IMG/VR virus record: IMGVR_UViG_2734482545_000011
Reading direction: 5' to 3' (one strand)
DNA from: a virus
Lineage: Duplodnaviria; Heunggongvirae; Uroviricota; Caudoviricetes
Length of the DNA stretch: 40,605 nt
The notes below the pieces were generated by a model that made no database searches, was not told the origin of the DNA, and saw only the letters and a program-made list of their open reading frames with translations. Within the stretch, counting starts at the first letter, position 1. Each line of letters begins with the position of its first letter. A program made the translations under genes and the position numbers. Shown here in pieces: positions 9,400-18,429 of this stretch.

Positions 9400-10539
9400 T
9401 TAACCAAGAATCAGACAACCATGTGCCGGCTTCACTGATGAAACACCCCATGCCAGTCCAACTTCATAGCGCACCTGGCGATACTGACGATACAGTGCAA
9501 TCTGGAACGTAATCCCTGAAATCGGGTCCGTAACATTCATTACATCATCAGCATTATCGCCACCTTCCGGCATTGCCGGAGTACGGGATGCCAGCAGAAA
9601 CGCGTTGCGATCAAACGCCATATTTGCAGTAAAGGCCCCAACAACTGTGATGGCAGTATCATCGGCCAGATCCTGACGCAGTCCGGGCGCTGCAAGAGTA
9701 ATCAGATTGCTGGTCGCTGCTGCCACAACATACTGATTCGGATCACCAGCGAACGTAACAATCTGACCTGCAGAAATACTCCCCGAACCAGTATCAATGG
9801 AAATAAGAACATCGCCTTCTTTTTTCTCTCCATTCACGAGATAACCAGTTGCAGCAACCTTTGGCGCTCGTTTCACACCTGCCGAACTGTGAATATTGAA
9901 TCCCTCCAGACGCCCCAACACGCCCTCACGCAGTAGCTGTTCAGTGCCGGATTCATTCACTTTAAACAATACAGACTGTTTTCCGCGCAAATTAGCAATG
10001 GCAGTGGAGCCAAGCACCATCTGCAGATCGGTTGTCGGTGCGCCGTTATCCTCCAGAACCTGACGAGCCAGAGCAGCATCAGAAAGATCATCTTTAACAC
10101 CAAACGGCGTTGTCCCTGCGGTTCCCACGGCGCGGGAAGCACCGAAATACAACGCACCAAGATCAGCCTCAACCTCGTTTGCAAGGGCGCGAAAAGCCTG
10201 CTTGAACTGATCAGCCAGAATGGTGTTGTAAGTCCCTGAAGGGCCAAGAGCCAGTTGTTCTTCACCATTCCATTTAACCGGTGCCATTTTGGATTTAGTA
10301 ATTTTTACATCAACAGTGCCAATATTTTGATCACCGGTATTCGGAGCTGACGGCCCCGGTACGATATCTTCGGTTTTCGCCTCAGGCGCAACTGGCGCGG
10401 TTACCGTCTGATCTTTTGCTGCGGCGTCAGCTTTTGCGTTTTTTGCTACCGCAGGGATAAAACCTACCTGCTCACGGGATACAACATCCAGGGCGGTATA
10501 AATAGTCGGGATCAACCCGGTCAGGGTATTTCCAGCCAT
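9400..10539 (-). CDS. major capsid protein
   Basis: Track ORF 9400-10632; start placed at the internal ATG (MAGNTLTGLIPTIYTALD...) preceded by AAGGAA, giving 379 aa; downstream of the scaffold gene. Confidence 0.8.
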   Translation of the reverse strand: MAGNTLTGLIPTIYTALDVVSREQVGFIPAVAKNAKADAAAKDQTVTAPVAPEAKTEDIVPGPSAPNTGDQNIGTVDVKITKSKMAPVKWNGEEQLALGPSGTYNTILADQFKQAFRALANEVEADLGALYFGASRAVGTAGTTPFGVKDDLSDAALARQVLEDNGAPTTDLQMVLGSTAIANLRGKQSVLFKVNESGTEQLLREGVLGRLEGFNIHSSAGVKRAPKVAATGYLVNGEKKEGDVLISIDTGSGSISAGQIVTFAGDPNQYVVAAATSNLITLAAPGLRQDLADDTAITVVGAFTANMAFDRNAFLLASRTPAMPEGGDNADDVMNVTDPISGITFQIALYRQYRQVRYEVGLAWGVSSVKPAHGCLILG

Positions 10540-10637
10540 AATTAAATATTCCTTAAAAATTTGCGTAATTGTGAATAGATGGAGTAATGAGCTATCCAGC
10601 CCTGACACCAGCTCCCATCCGGAAGCTGACAAATGTG

Positions 10638-11402
10638 TTAATCAACGATTGTGATACCGTCTTTCAATGCGTTTTGCTTACCTGCAACATCCAGTGCATC
10701 AAAAGCAGAGCGTTTCATCGTTTTCTGACCAATATCATGCTGTGTCGGACGGGAGCCGCCGCCATTGTTGCCACTGGCTTTCAGGATGTAGTCTTTCTGA
10801 GGGTAATTTTCGACAAGGAACTCCAGCGCCTCATCAAACTGCGCCAGTTCGCCAGGCTTCGCGCGGGAATAAATTTTGTTGCCGGAAGCGTCATAAGCAA
10901 CGATCCTCCCTTCTTCCACTTTGAATGCCTGCCCGAAGCGGGCTTGTAATAAATCTGCCGGGATCGCAATTTTATCGGCAATATATTTTGAACCCGCAAA
11001 ACTACCGCCAATCATAGAATCGTAAAGCTGCTTCTCCAGCATCTGAGAGCGTTGCTTTTCTTCATCTAATTGCTGCTGAAAATTTTTCGTAATTTCTGCC
11101 TTAACCTGGTCAACCTGTCCCGCATCGAGCAGCTTTTTCTGGTCGATTTTTGACAGCATTTCCAGTGCCTCGATCGCCTTCTTCGGGTCTTCGATAGCGG
11201 CAAACTTAGCCAGTTTTTCCTCTGCAGCTTCTTTAGCCAGGCGATGATTTTTTGCCTCGCCATTAAGCTCTGTAATTTTTTTTGTCGCCAGCGGTGCATC
11301 GAAGCCAATTTCTTTACCATCGTCGTGCACATAAACTGGCAGGCCAGCAGTATCAATTTCTGCGTATTGTTTTCCGTTAATCTCGACCGTTTTCAGTTTC
11401 AT
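10638..11402 (-). CDS. head scaffolding protein
   Basis: Track ORF 10638-11474; start placed at MKLKTVEINGKQYAEID... (AGGT 7 nt upstream). Charged, helical, Ala/Glu/Lys-rich; between head morphogenesis and capsid genes. Confidence 0.65.
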   Translation of the reverse strand: MKLKTVEINGKQYAEIDTAGLPVYVHDDGKEIGFDAPLATKKITELNGEAKNHRLAKEAAEEKLAKFAAIEDPKKAIEALEMLSKIDQKKLLDAGQVDQVKAEITKNFQQQLDEEKQRSQMLEKQLYDSMIGGSFAGSKYIADKIAIPADLLQARFGQAFKVEEGRIVAYDASGNKIYSRAKPGELAQFDEALEFLVENYPQKDYILKASGNNGGGSRPTQHDIGQKTMKRSAFDALDVAGKQNALKDGITIVD

Positions 11403-11460
11403 ATTAGTACCTGGTTTAAGTCTTCCGACAGTTACGCTGCTCACCATCCGGATCGCAGCA

Positions 11461-11486
11461 ATAAAAAAGGCCACCCGAAGGTAGCC
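11461..11486 (-). terminator. hairpin plus U-run between head morphogenesis and scaffold genes
   Basis: Minus strand GGCTACC-TTCG-GGTGGCC (one mismatch or wobble) followed by TTTTTTAT. Confidence 0.45.
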
Positions 11487-11506
11487 TGTTGTAATAAATG
11501 ATTTAT

Positions 11507-12622
11507 TTAAATCCCTGCTTTTCTGAATACCTGTGCATCACGCTCACGGAGCTGCTTCAGCGTCAGCCATTCGCCTTTATCGGTGTAAAATTCATCTGGC
11601 GACATACCACCATCCCGAATCAGCTTTGCTCGGCTTTCCCCCACAATCTGTTTTTGTCTGGTGTAAGGCTGACGCAAAAACCATTCCCTGTAGGTTGTAT
11701 CTCCGGCCACCACGCCATCCATGCTGGCCCGCTCAGCCGGGGAAATATCGCGAACATCAATACCCAGTTCCTTCGCTGATTTCAGAATGAACGTTTCCGT
11801 TGAGCGGCAGCAGAAATGAATTTTTCCCGGCCCCTGCAAATAAGGCACGCTGTGACCTACAGGTTTATTATTCAGCGTATATTTGAGGCGATCCCTGATT
11901 CGACATTGTGGCGTAGTACGATTATCAAGCGTTGATAACCATTGCTTACCCTTAATCAAATCATTATTCGCGCTGGCAAAACTCTCACGGGCAGTAGCAG
12001 CAAGATGTCCAACCGCTGTTTTTGCAATGCTGGCCGCATTAGCCCGGCTCATCTGCAATGCACCATCCTGAAATCCCTTACTGACATGTCCCCGAATTTT
12101 TCTTGCGATCTGCTCATTGGTATCCCCCAGCAAAAAACCCTGACGCACTGTATTTGTTATGCGTCTGAGCCGATCCGCCTCAAGATCTGAGGCCCACTCA
12201 CTGAGCAGTCGTCCCTGGAATGGTCGCGCCATTGCAGCGGCATAAAGTGCATCAGGAGAGATACCAACCAGAGGGTGAACATCAGCAACAAAATCAGGTA
12301 GCATAGAATCAAACAGACTTAACTGATAACCAGCCTCATAAATTGCCAGCTCGTTCAGCTCTCCGGAGAGACTGGTAAACATGCTGTTAATAGCAGTGCG
12401 GTTAACCTCTCTGACGCTCGCCAGAAGTGACTCCAGGCGCTTAACGGTAAAACTACCTGGATCGAGGCTGTCCAGTGCTATCAGCAGGCGAGCAGTAAGT
12501 TCCGCATCGCTGTCATTCAGTATTTTCACCATTCTGGCAGCCACGCCAGTGCTATAGCGGGATATCCAGACTGCATGAGCAATTGATTCATCACGCAGCC
12601 GTTCATTCACGGTTTGCATCAT
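11507..12622 (-). CDS. head morphogenesis protein (SPP1 gp7 / Mu F-like minor head protein)
   Basis: 371-aa ORF directly downstream of the portal gene; contains an NRTTPQCR segment as I recall from the F-like family. Assignment by position plus motif memory. Confidence 0.7.
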   Translation of the reverse strand: MMQTVNERLRDESIAHAVWISRYSTGVAARMVKILNDSDAELTARLLIALDSLDPGSFTVKRLESLLASVREVNRTAINSMFTSLSGELNELAIYEAGYQLSLFDSMLPDFVADVHPLVGISPDALYAAAMARPFQGRLLSEWASDLEADRLRRITNTVRQGFLLGDTNEQIARKIRGHVSKGFQDGALQMSRANAASIAKTAVGHLAATARESFASANNDLIKGKQWLSTLDNRTTPQCRIRDRLKYTLNNKPVGHSVPYLQGPGKIHFCCRSTETFILKSAKELGIDVRDISPAERASMDGVVAGDTTYREWFLRQPYTRQKQIVGESRAKLIRDGGMSPDEFYTDKGEWLTLKQLRERDAQVFRKAGI

Positions 12623-14009
12623 TGATTTCCATCAGCATTACACTCTGATTTTTTAATTCATCGATCACTTCCTCTGGACGGGAATCCTGATCGATAAATT
12701 TCAACGCCTGCAACACCCGAACCGCATCAATCTGACGTATATCACCGCCCTGACGCAATGACTGAACAGCCAGCGCGGAGGATGAGTCAAACACCTGGGC
12801 AGATACATCCAGTTCAGTGCGCACATCCACATTGCCACCGCAACTCTCTCCGATCCATTCCGCCATTATCTGGAGAATATTATCGAGGGCATCTTCGAGG
12901 GAGTTCGCCATTGTATAAAGCGGCGAGTTTTCCTGCATTCGCTCTTCATTAGTCTGATCAACAGATTTGGTGGATGTATTTTCAGCACGCAGAAGTTTAG
13001 CGCCGGCATGACGCATCTGATTTTCCAGCTTCTCAAGTGATGTTTCGCCAGATTCTATCGCTGCGCCACTATGTTCAACATATTCGAGGCCATTTTTTGT
13101 TCTGTCCTCAAAAATCGTAGCGGTGGATGCACCAACCGTCAGTTCTTCATTCCTGTCCAGCCCGTAGGCCACCAGCAATGGAACGCGGGCAACATGAAGA
13201 ATATTGTCCTGCTCGCTCTGGCTTTGCCAGTGCTTGATATTCAGCAAGCCAAGATTAAGCAATGGCGGTGTACCACGCATAAATCCTGTTTTCTTCGTGT
13301 ACAGTGTTACCAGAGGAATATCATCACGGCTGGTATTCCATGACTCATGAAGCGTCCAGACAGATTCGCCATTAGTGCCTTCGCTACGTCGATAAATTTC
13401 AACTCGACGGGGCATAATATGGCGGATCTGCTCCACCTTCTTCTGCCCGAAATCATCACCATCAATAATGATGACCTCTTTTATACGCAAATCAGTGAGA
13501 ACAACTTTCCCTTTTTCAACTTTCGATTTCCATCCAATAACCTGGCGTGGATTCAGCATCGTAACGTACGGACGACCACCGGTCGCGTTTTCATCGGCTT
13601 TTGTCCGAATCTCTTTCATATCCGTTCGTGGATAGTCCACCAGCGCATGTGCCACACCATACTGAAATGCGAGGCTGAAAAATTGCTGCGCCCACACATC
13701 CAGTCGGCTCCCCTCCATGTCGATATTTTCTGCATATTCCCTGATTTTTGCCGGCGTTTCCTCACTCAATACTGTCGGCTCTGCAAATATGCGCCCAATA
13801 TTTTGCTTGATGCTTTCTTCATACACAGGAAGTAGCGTAGCCACAGACAGGCGTTTTTTATAAGCGTCTTCATCTTCGTTAGGCCATTTTGGGAGATAAT
13901 TTTCCCCCTGCCTGCGCATTTCAAGCGTACCGCCCATCAGTGCGTCGTTAATATCCCACGCCTCCAGCATATCGTTATAGTCGAGGTTGGGTGTTGATAT
14001 ATCAGCCAT
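12603..14009 (-). CDS. portal protein
   Basis: 468-aa ORF immediately downstream of the terminase large subunit gene; size and position typical of a portal. Confidence 0.8.
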   Translation of the reverse strand: MADISTPNLDYNDMLEAWDINDALMGGTLEMRRQGENYLPKWPNEDEDAYKKRLSVATLLPVYEESIKQNIGRIFAEPTVLSEETPAKIREYAENIDMEGSRLDVWAQQFFSLAFQYGVAHALVDYPRTDMKEIRTKADENATGGRPYVTMLNPRQVIGWKSKVEKGKVVLTDLRIKEVIIIDGDDFGQKKVEQIRHIMPRRVEIYRRSEGTNGESVWTLHESWNTSRDDIPLVTLYTKKTGFMRGTPPLLNLGLLNIKHWQSQSEQDNILHVARVPLLVAYGLDRNEELTVGASTATIFEDRTKNGLEYVEHSGAAIESGETSLEKLENQMRHAGAKLLRAENTSTKSVDQTNEERMQENSPLYTMANSLEDALDNILQIMAEWIGESCGGNVDVRTELDVSAQVFDSSSALAVQSLRQGGDIRQIDAVRVLQALKFIDQDSRPEEVIDELKNQSVMLMEINDANRE

Positions 14010-14011
14010 AA

Positions 14012-15322
14012 TTAAATCCGAAGTGATGTGACTCTTCCGGTCGGTTTGACAATAGGGAATTGCTTAACGATGAAATAACCTCCGGCATCATTCGGGTGAT
14101 CATTGCCAGATTTTTTATCAGGCTCCCCCTTCTCATCCCAGACCTGTTGCTCCAGAGATTCGGCATATAACGGGCAACGCTTCACATTAACTTTATAGCG
14201 ACGCTCACCATTGGCATTGCAGAACATTGCATTCATTGAGTTAACGCGATCTTTTACTGGCGGGTTCGAGCTGTTCACCACAACGTTAAAACCAGCCTGC
14301 TTAAGCTGGGCTATATCCGTCGTACTTGCGTTACTTGATTTTCTGGAATCCCCGGAAGCATCTGGATAAATATAAATTTCCCTCACTTTCCGGTAATCAT
14401 TCCCATCATACAGCCAGAAGCGTTCTTTAATGATGCGGATCATATCCGGCGTATCGTAGGCATTGATGATTTCAGTTACCGCACATGGAAGCCCCAAACG
14501 CAGCACATGGACGATTCCCGCCATCTTTCCAACGTTAAAATCCATCCCAATATAAATCGGCTCCCCTGGCTGCTCCACTTCTTCGCAATTATTCAGTTTC
14601 CGGTCAAACTGATGGTAAACAGTACCACTTGTCAGGTTAGTAAACTGTCCTCGAAGATAGGCTTTAATCAGCTCTGGAGGGTATGATTCAAGAAGCGAAG
14701 GAATGTAATCTGCTGGCAGGTTCTTTTCATTATCGAAAGTAGATGCCTGCACCAGACCATACAGTGAGGCCAGCTCTGTTTTTTCACGCACGGCTTTAAC
14801 AAACTGCTCGTAGACAAATTTGAATCCTTCCGGCGTGGTTGTAACGTCAATACCGTTGCGAAGTCCATCAATCTTATAACGCATACGTGCAATTATCTTG
14901 CGCCACGCCGTTCTGGCTTTTTCCTTCGGCAAAATGTCCAGTTCATCCACCAACGCATTACCAATTTTGAAACCGACGATCGTTTGTGGCTTCTCCATCG
15001 ATCTGCAGATAGTGGTTCCCCGATACTGGCGTCCGTAATAAAAGTGAACCTCTTTATTTCCCTCATTAATTTTTACGTTCAATCCCCAGTCAGCAGCAAC
15101 TTCTTCCACTGTAGGGTAAAAAATATCGCGAATTTGGGGATACGTTGGCGCAAAATATCCCTGATTTATACCTGGATGCTCCCAAATCCCCTTGCATATG
15201 CCGCCACACCCAACCCATGTTTTGCCCGAGCCAAAACCAGCAATATAGGCTTTAAATTTATGGGGCATTGAAAGAAATCGCGCCTGAGGCACATTAAGCG
15301 TCGGAGAGATCATCTTCATCAC
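14012..15322 (-). CDS. terminase large subunit
   Basis: 436-aa ORF with Walker A-like AGFGSGKT near the N-terminus and an acidic C-terminal nuclease-like region; follows the TerS gene. Confidence 0.9.
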   Translation of the reverse strand: MMKMISPTLNVPQARFLSMPHKFKAYIAGFGSGKTWVGCGGICKGIWEHPGINQGYFAPTYPQIRDIFYPTVEEVAADWGLNVKINEGNKEVHFYYGRQYRGTTICRSMEKPQTIVGFKIGNALVDELDILPKEKARTAWRKIIARMRYKIDGLRNGIDVTTTPEGFKFVYEQFVKAVREKTELASLYGLVQASTFDNEKNLPADYIPSLLESYPPELIKAYLRGQFTNLTSGTVYHQFDRKLNNCEEVEQPGEPIYIGMDFNVGKMAGIVHVLRLGLPCAVTEIINAYDTPDMIRIIKERFWLYDGNDYRKVREIYIYPDASGDSRKSSNASTTDIAQLKQAGFNVVVNSSNPPVKDRVNSMNAMFCNANGERRYKVNVKRCPLYAESLEQQVWDEKGEPDKKSGNDHPNDAGGYFIVKQFPIVKPTGRVTSLRI

Positions 15323-16388
15323 TCCTTACTCTGGCATCAACCACATTAATATTGATCGCCACAGGCTGGGGATGTTCATTATCTTCCACCGTTTCGATCT
15401 CTTTGCGCAGCTTCTGGTTTTCCATTCTGCGCCGTTCAATTTCCAGTTCCCGTAGCCGCTTATCTGCACATAAAGCCCCGCCAGCAGAAAACAAACGCAA
15501 CAATTCACGCCGGGCGGCAGCCTTATCCTCCAGCAGGATCTCAACGCCGAATTTTCCGAATTTTGCCCCTGCATATAATTGCCGCGCATCCCCATCAAGC
15601 AGAGTGGTATCAGCCATATAAAGCTGTCCCGTTCCCTCACCGCAGCACTTCGGGCAGTCCGGATTGGGTATGGCGTTATCAACAAAGCCGAGGCCTCCAT
15701 ATTCCGGTTCGGGTTTGCCATCTCTGGAAGCCTGCGCCGCTGCCTTGTCGAATTCTGCTATATCGCGCCACTGGTAGAGATGATTCTCGCCCCAGCAATA
15801 ACGGCAGTTAACACGGCGAAATTGTGCAAGCTGATTGGGGTCGGCCAGGACAATAGCCATCAACTGACTCACTAGTAAATCCAGGTCTGCGGTATAGCGT
15901 TTCTGGTACTGATTGCGGAAGTAGCTGATAGCGCGAAAAACCCTGGCATTTCTAAGCATACGACTGGCGTTGCTGTTAGCTGTCGCACCTTGCCCCTCAT
16001 AACCGGCTAGTCGGTACGCCTCTGTCGGCTTTTTACCCTGAGCAACAAGCATCGCAAACTTAGCCTGCTGGTCAGAAATGCCGAATTCATCGGGACAGAA
16101 CGAAAATTCCTCCGCGTCGCCCTCATTCAGGCCCGCATCGAATACTGGCTTTTTTTCCTGAGATTTTTCGTTCCGCTTTTGTGCAGTCTGCGCAGATTTT
16201 TTCTGCGCACTTTTTTGCGCAGTTTTGCACATTTCTGTCTGCGCATTTTTCGGAGTTTTTTTGATGTAACGACGGGCTGTTGCGTAATTCAGTCCCCTTG
16301 CTTCACACCATGCCACCGGAGATATACCGGAGCGGGTGTATTCAGCAATATACTCCTGCTGCAACGCCCCCCAGTCCGGTCTGCTCAT
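15294..16388 (-). CDS. terminase small subunit (HTH N-terminus)
   Basis: 364-aa ORF immediately upstream of TerL, with an N-terminal helix-turn-helix-like segment and a Lys/Gln-rich linker. Confidence 0.65.
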   Translation of the reverse strand: MSRPDWGALQQEYIAEYTRSGISPVAWCEARGLNYATARRYIKKTPKNAQTEMCKTAQKSAQKKSAQTAQKRNEKSQEKKPVFDAGLNEGDAEEFSFCPDEFGISDQQAKFAMLVAQGKKPTEAYRLAGYEGQGATANSNASRMLRNARVFRAISYFRNQYQKRYTADLDLLVSQLMAIVLADPNQLAQFRRVNCRYCWGENHLYQWRDIAEFDKAAAQASRDGKPEPEYGGLGFVDNAIPNPDCPKCCGEGTGQLYMADTTLLDGDARQLYAGAKFGKFGVEILLEDKAAARRELLRLFSAGGALCADKRLRELEIERRRMENQKLRKEIETVEDNEHPQPVAININVVDARVRSDEDDLSDA

Positions 16389-16391
16389 CAG

Positions 16392-16643
16392 TTAGTCCTG
16401 ATTTTTATCCACCCTGAGTAGTTCGCGCAGAGCAAAGGCATCCCCTTTTCTGGCAAGCTTAAACAATGCCGCTCGTAACTCGGCTTCACCTTTCGCTCTG
16501 CCCTTACGGATGGCCGCATAAAAATCTGTCATTGCTTCCCGATTTTCTTTCAGTCGGTTCAGATCAACATCCAGAACGTCAGCGATTTGTTGTGCAGTCA
16601 TCCGGCACGCTGCCAGAGACTCGACTTTCGAATACGGAATCAT
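16392..16643 (-). CDS. small DNA-binding-like protein upstream of terminase
   Basis: 83-aa ORF; helical, basic C-terminus. The start may be the internal Met (MTAQQIADVLDV...), which would reduce the overlap with the upstream gene. Confidence 0.4.
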   Translation of the reverse strand: MIPYSKVESLAACRMTAQQIADVLDVDLNRLKENREAMTDFYAAIRKGRAKGEAELRAALFKLARKGDAFALRELLRVDKNQD

Positions 16644-17529
16644 TTGTCACCCCCATTGATATGCAGGGTGTCTTCTTCCTGTATTTTTCGTGAAGGATTT
16701 TTACTGCAGCGTTGTTCCAGGTGACCTGATGGTGAATGCGTTTATGACTGGCACCCATAAGTGAGATTTTTACGCACGACGGCGCATACATGACGGAGTA
16801 AAAACTTTTAACGTAGGTTCCGGAATCCAGATACAGCTCGGTCATTCCGCCGCTGTTTTTCTGCGTCTGTTTCTGCCCTAACTGGACAGCACCGATCGTC
16901 ATAAACAATTCACCACAGCGACCGAGATTCGTGTACGTATTCACATCCTCGTTAATGCGCCCCATGAATGAGAACGGTCGATCAACCGAACAGATAAAGC
17001 TGTTCATTGCCTTGCGTTTCACCCACGAAGCATGGCCGCCATTGTCACCAAGAAAATCCCCGCCCTGCGACATAGCGATGGAAAGAGCAGGTATTGATTC
17101 GTAGTACGCAAGCATTTCAGAAAGGATCTCATCCAGTTTCCTTATCGGGAAATAGGCCTGGTCATAGTTGCGATCCACCCGAAACTGGAACTCGTGATAA
17201 TCATCATCGAGCTGAATGAAGTATTTACACCCGACCAGTTTTGCCTGGTCGAAACAGGCATTACGGGCGTAAAAAATTGAGCGGCGGTCACTAAAATTAT
17301 CGGCTTCGTCAAAACGACTAGCAATATCGGCTTTGGAAAATACCAGCACCTGTTCACCAAATTCAGCCATGTACTGATGCCGTGTCTTATCTTCATCATC
17401 AACAACGATAAAAATTTTCCCGGTATAGCCAGCACGACGCAACGTCCGGTAAGTCAGAACTTTGTCCGGTCGCCCGTGAGTCAGAATAAAGGCGCAAAAA
17501 TCATCACGCATATTCCTCCTCCCCGCCAT
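16579..17529 (-). CDS. hypothetical protein with GT-A glycosyltransferase-like motifs
   Basis: 316-aa ORF with N-terminal FILTHGRPDKVLTYRTLRRAGYTGKIFIVVDDED and a later IQLDDDYHEF (DxD-like); motif-level resemblance only. Confidence 0.4.
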   Translation of the reverse strand: MAGRRNMRDDFCAFILTHGRPDKVLTYRTLRRAGYTGKIFIVVDDEDKTRHQYMAEFGEQVLVFSKADIASRFDEADNFSDRRSIFYARNACFDQAKLVGCKYFIQLDDDYHEFQFRVDRNYDQAYFPIRKLDEILSEMLAYYESIPALSIAMSQGGDFLGDNGGHASWVKRKAMNSFICSVDRPFSFMGRINEDVNTYTNLGRCGELFMTIGAVQLGQKQTQKNSGGMTELYLDSGTYVKSFYSVMYAPSCVKISLMGASHKRIHHQVTWNNAAVKILHEKYRKKTPCISMGVTNDSVFESRVSGSVPDDCTTNR

Positions 17530-18292
17530 GCATGATCTCCACCATGCGCTGCGTCATTCGGACAAATCCATTTTCAATAGCCTGCTGATAATCAATGATC
17601 ACCAGCGCCGACTCCTCGAAAAGGCACTGAATTTCAGCGGGGGCATGAGCGTAATAGTCCGCAATTCTGCTGAAATTAAACACCGTGTGACGTTCTGCTG
17701 CACACAGGAGGAATTTCTCAATATCAGGATCAAGGGACGCCGAACGTATCCGGCTGATCAGCTCCTGAGTTTTCGTATCGTCGTACAGTTCACTGATATC
17801 CGGTTTACCGCCTGACGGCTCATAAACAGGCGTATCAATTTTCGTCGTATACGGCTCCTCCTCATTTCCTGTACCGGGCAAAACATCCGTCAACAGTTCA
17901 TCAATTTCTGCCGGGATGAAGCCTGTCAGGGAGACATCAAAATCAGCATTGATTAGGTCCGACAGCTCCATCCGCAACAGATCTTCATCCCAGCCAGCAT
18001 TCATCGGCAGGCGATTATCTGCCAGGCGGTACGCCTTTTTCTGCTCATCCGTCAGGCCAGACAGAACAATGACCGGAACAGAATCCATTTTGAGCATTTC
18101 AGCCGCCATAACACGACCGTGACCCGCAATAATTTCGCCCTTTTCGTCAATCAGCACCGGATTAGTCCAGCCGAATTGCTTAATACTTTCTACCAGTTGT
18201 GCCACCTGCTCAGTACTGTGCGTCCTGGCGTTGTGCGCATACGGTGACAATTCTTGTAATGGGCGATAGACTATCTTTAATTTCTCGCTCAT
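17504..18292 (-). CDS. ParB-like nuclease domain protein (full-length YnaK-type)
   Basis: 262-aa ORF with an N-terminal ParB/Srx-like segment (NPVLIDEKGEIIAGHGRVMAA); sits downstream of trkG, where I recall K-12 Rac carrying the ParB-like remnant ynaK. Confidence 0.65.
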   Translation of the reverse strand: MSEKLKIVYRPLQELSPYAHNARTHSTEQVAQLVESIKQFGWTNPVLIDEKGEIIAGHGRVMAAEMLKMDSVPVIVLSGLTDEQKKAYRLADNRLPMNAGWDEDLLRMELSDLINADFDVSLTGFIPAEIDELLTDVLPGTGNEEEPYTTKIDTPVYEPSGGKPDISELYDDTKTQELISRIRSASLDPDIEKFLLCAAERHTVFNFSRIADYYAHAPAEIQCLFEESALVIIDYQQAIENGFVRMTQRMVEIMHGGEEEYA

Positions 18293-18309
18293 ACAGCCTT
18301 GCTTTATGA

Positions 18310-18345
18310 ATAAAACGCACCCCAGCAGCCAGTGCTACTGGGGGC
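18310..18345 (-). terminator. GC-rich hairpin plus U-rich tail after trkG
   Basis: Minus strand CCCCAGTAGC-ACTG-GCTGCTGGGG (about 10 bp with one G-U) followed by TGCGTTTTATT. Confidence 0.45.
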
Positions 18346-18429
18346 GGAGGTGTTGCTGGTAAAGTTAGGTATTGGATCAATGAGTGAGTCAACATAATAT
18401 TAAACTCACAATTATAAATCAGCCATATA

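Noticed and set aside
10539-10632. N-terminal extensions offered by the ORF track for several genes (major capsid here; also scaffold to 11474, SieB to 34058, RecT from 37756, Xis from 39129, protein A to 28778, trkG to 19905)
   Set aside because: Internal ATG codons with good Shine-Dalgarno spacing give proteins that start with the expected conserved N-termini; the extensions run through upstream terminators or RBS sequences and several use TTG or GTG.
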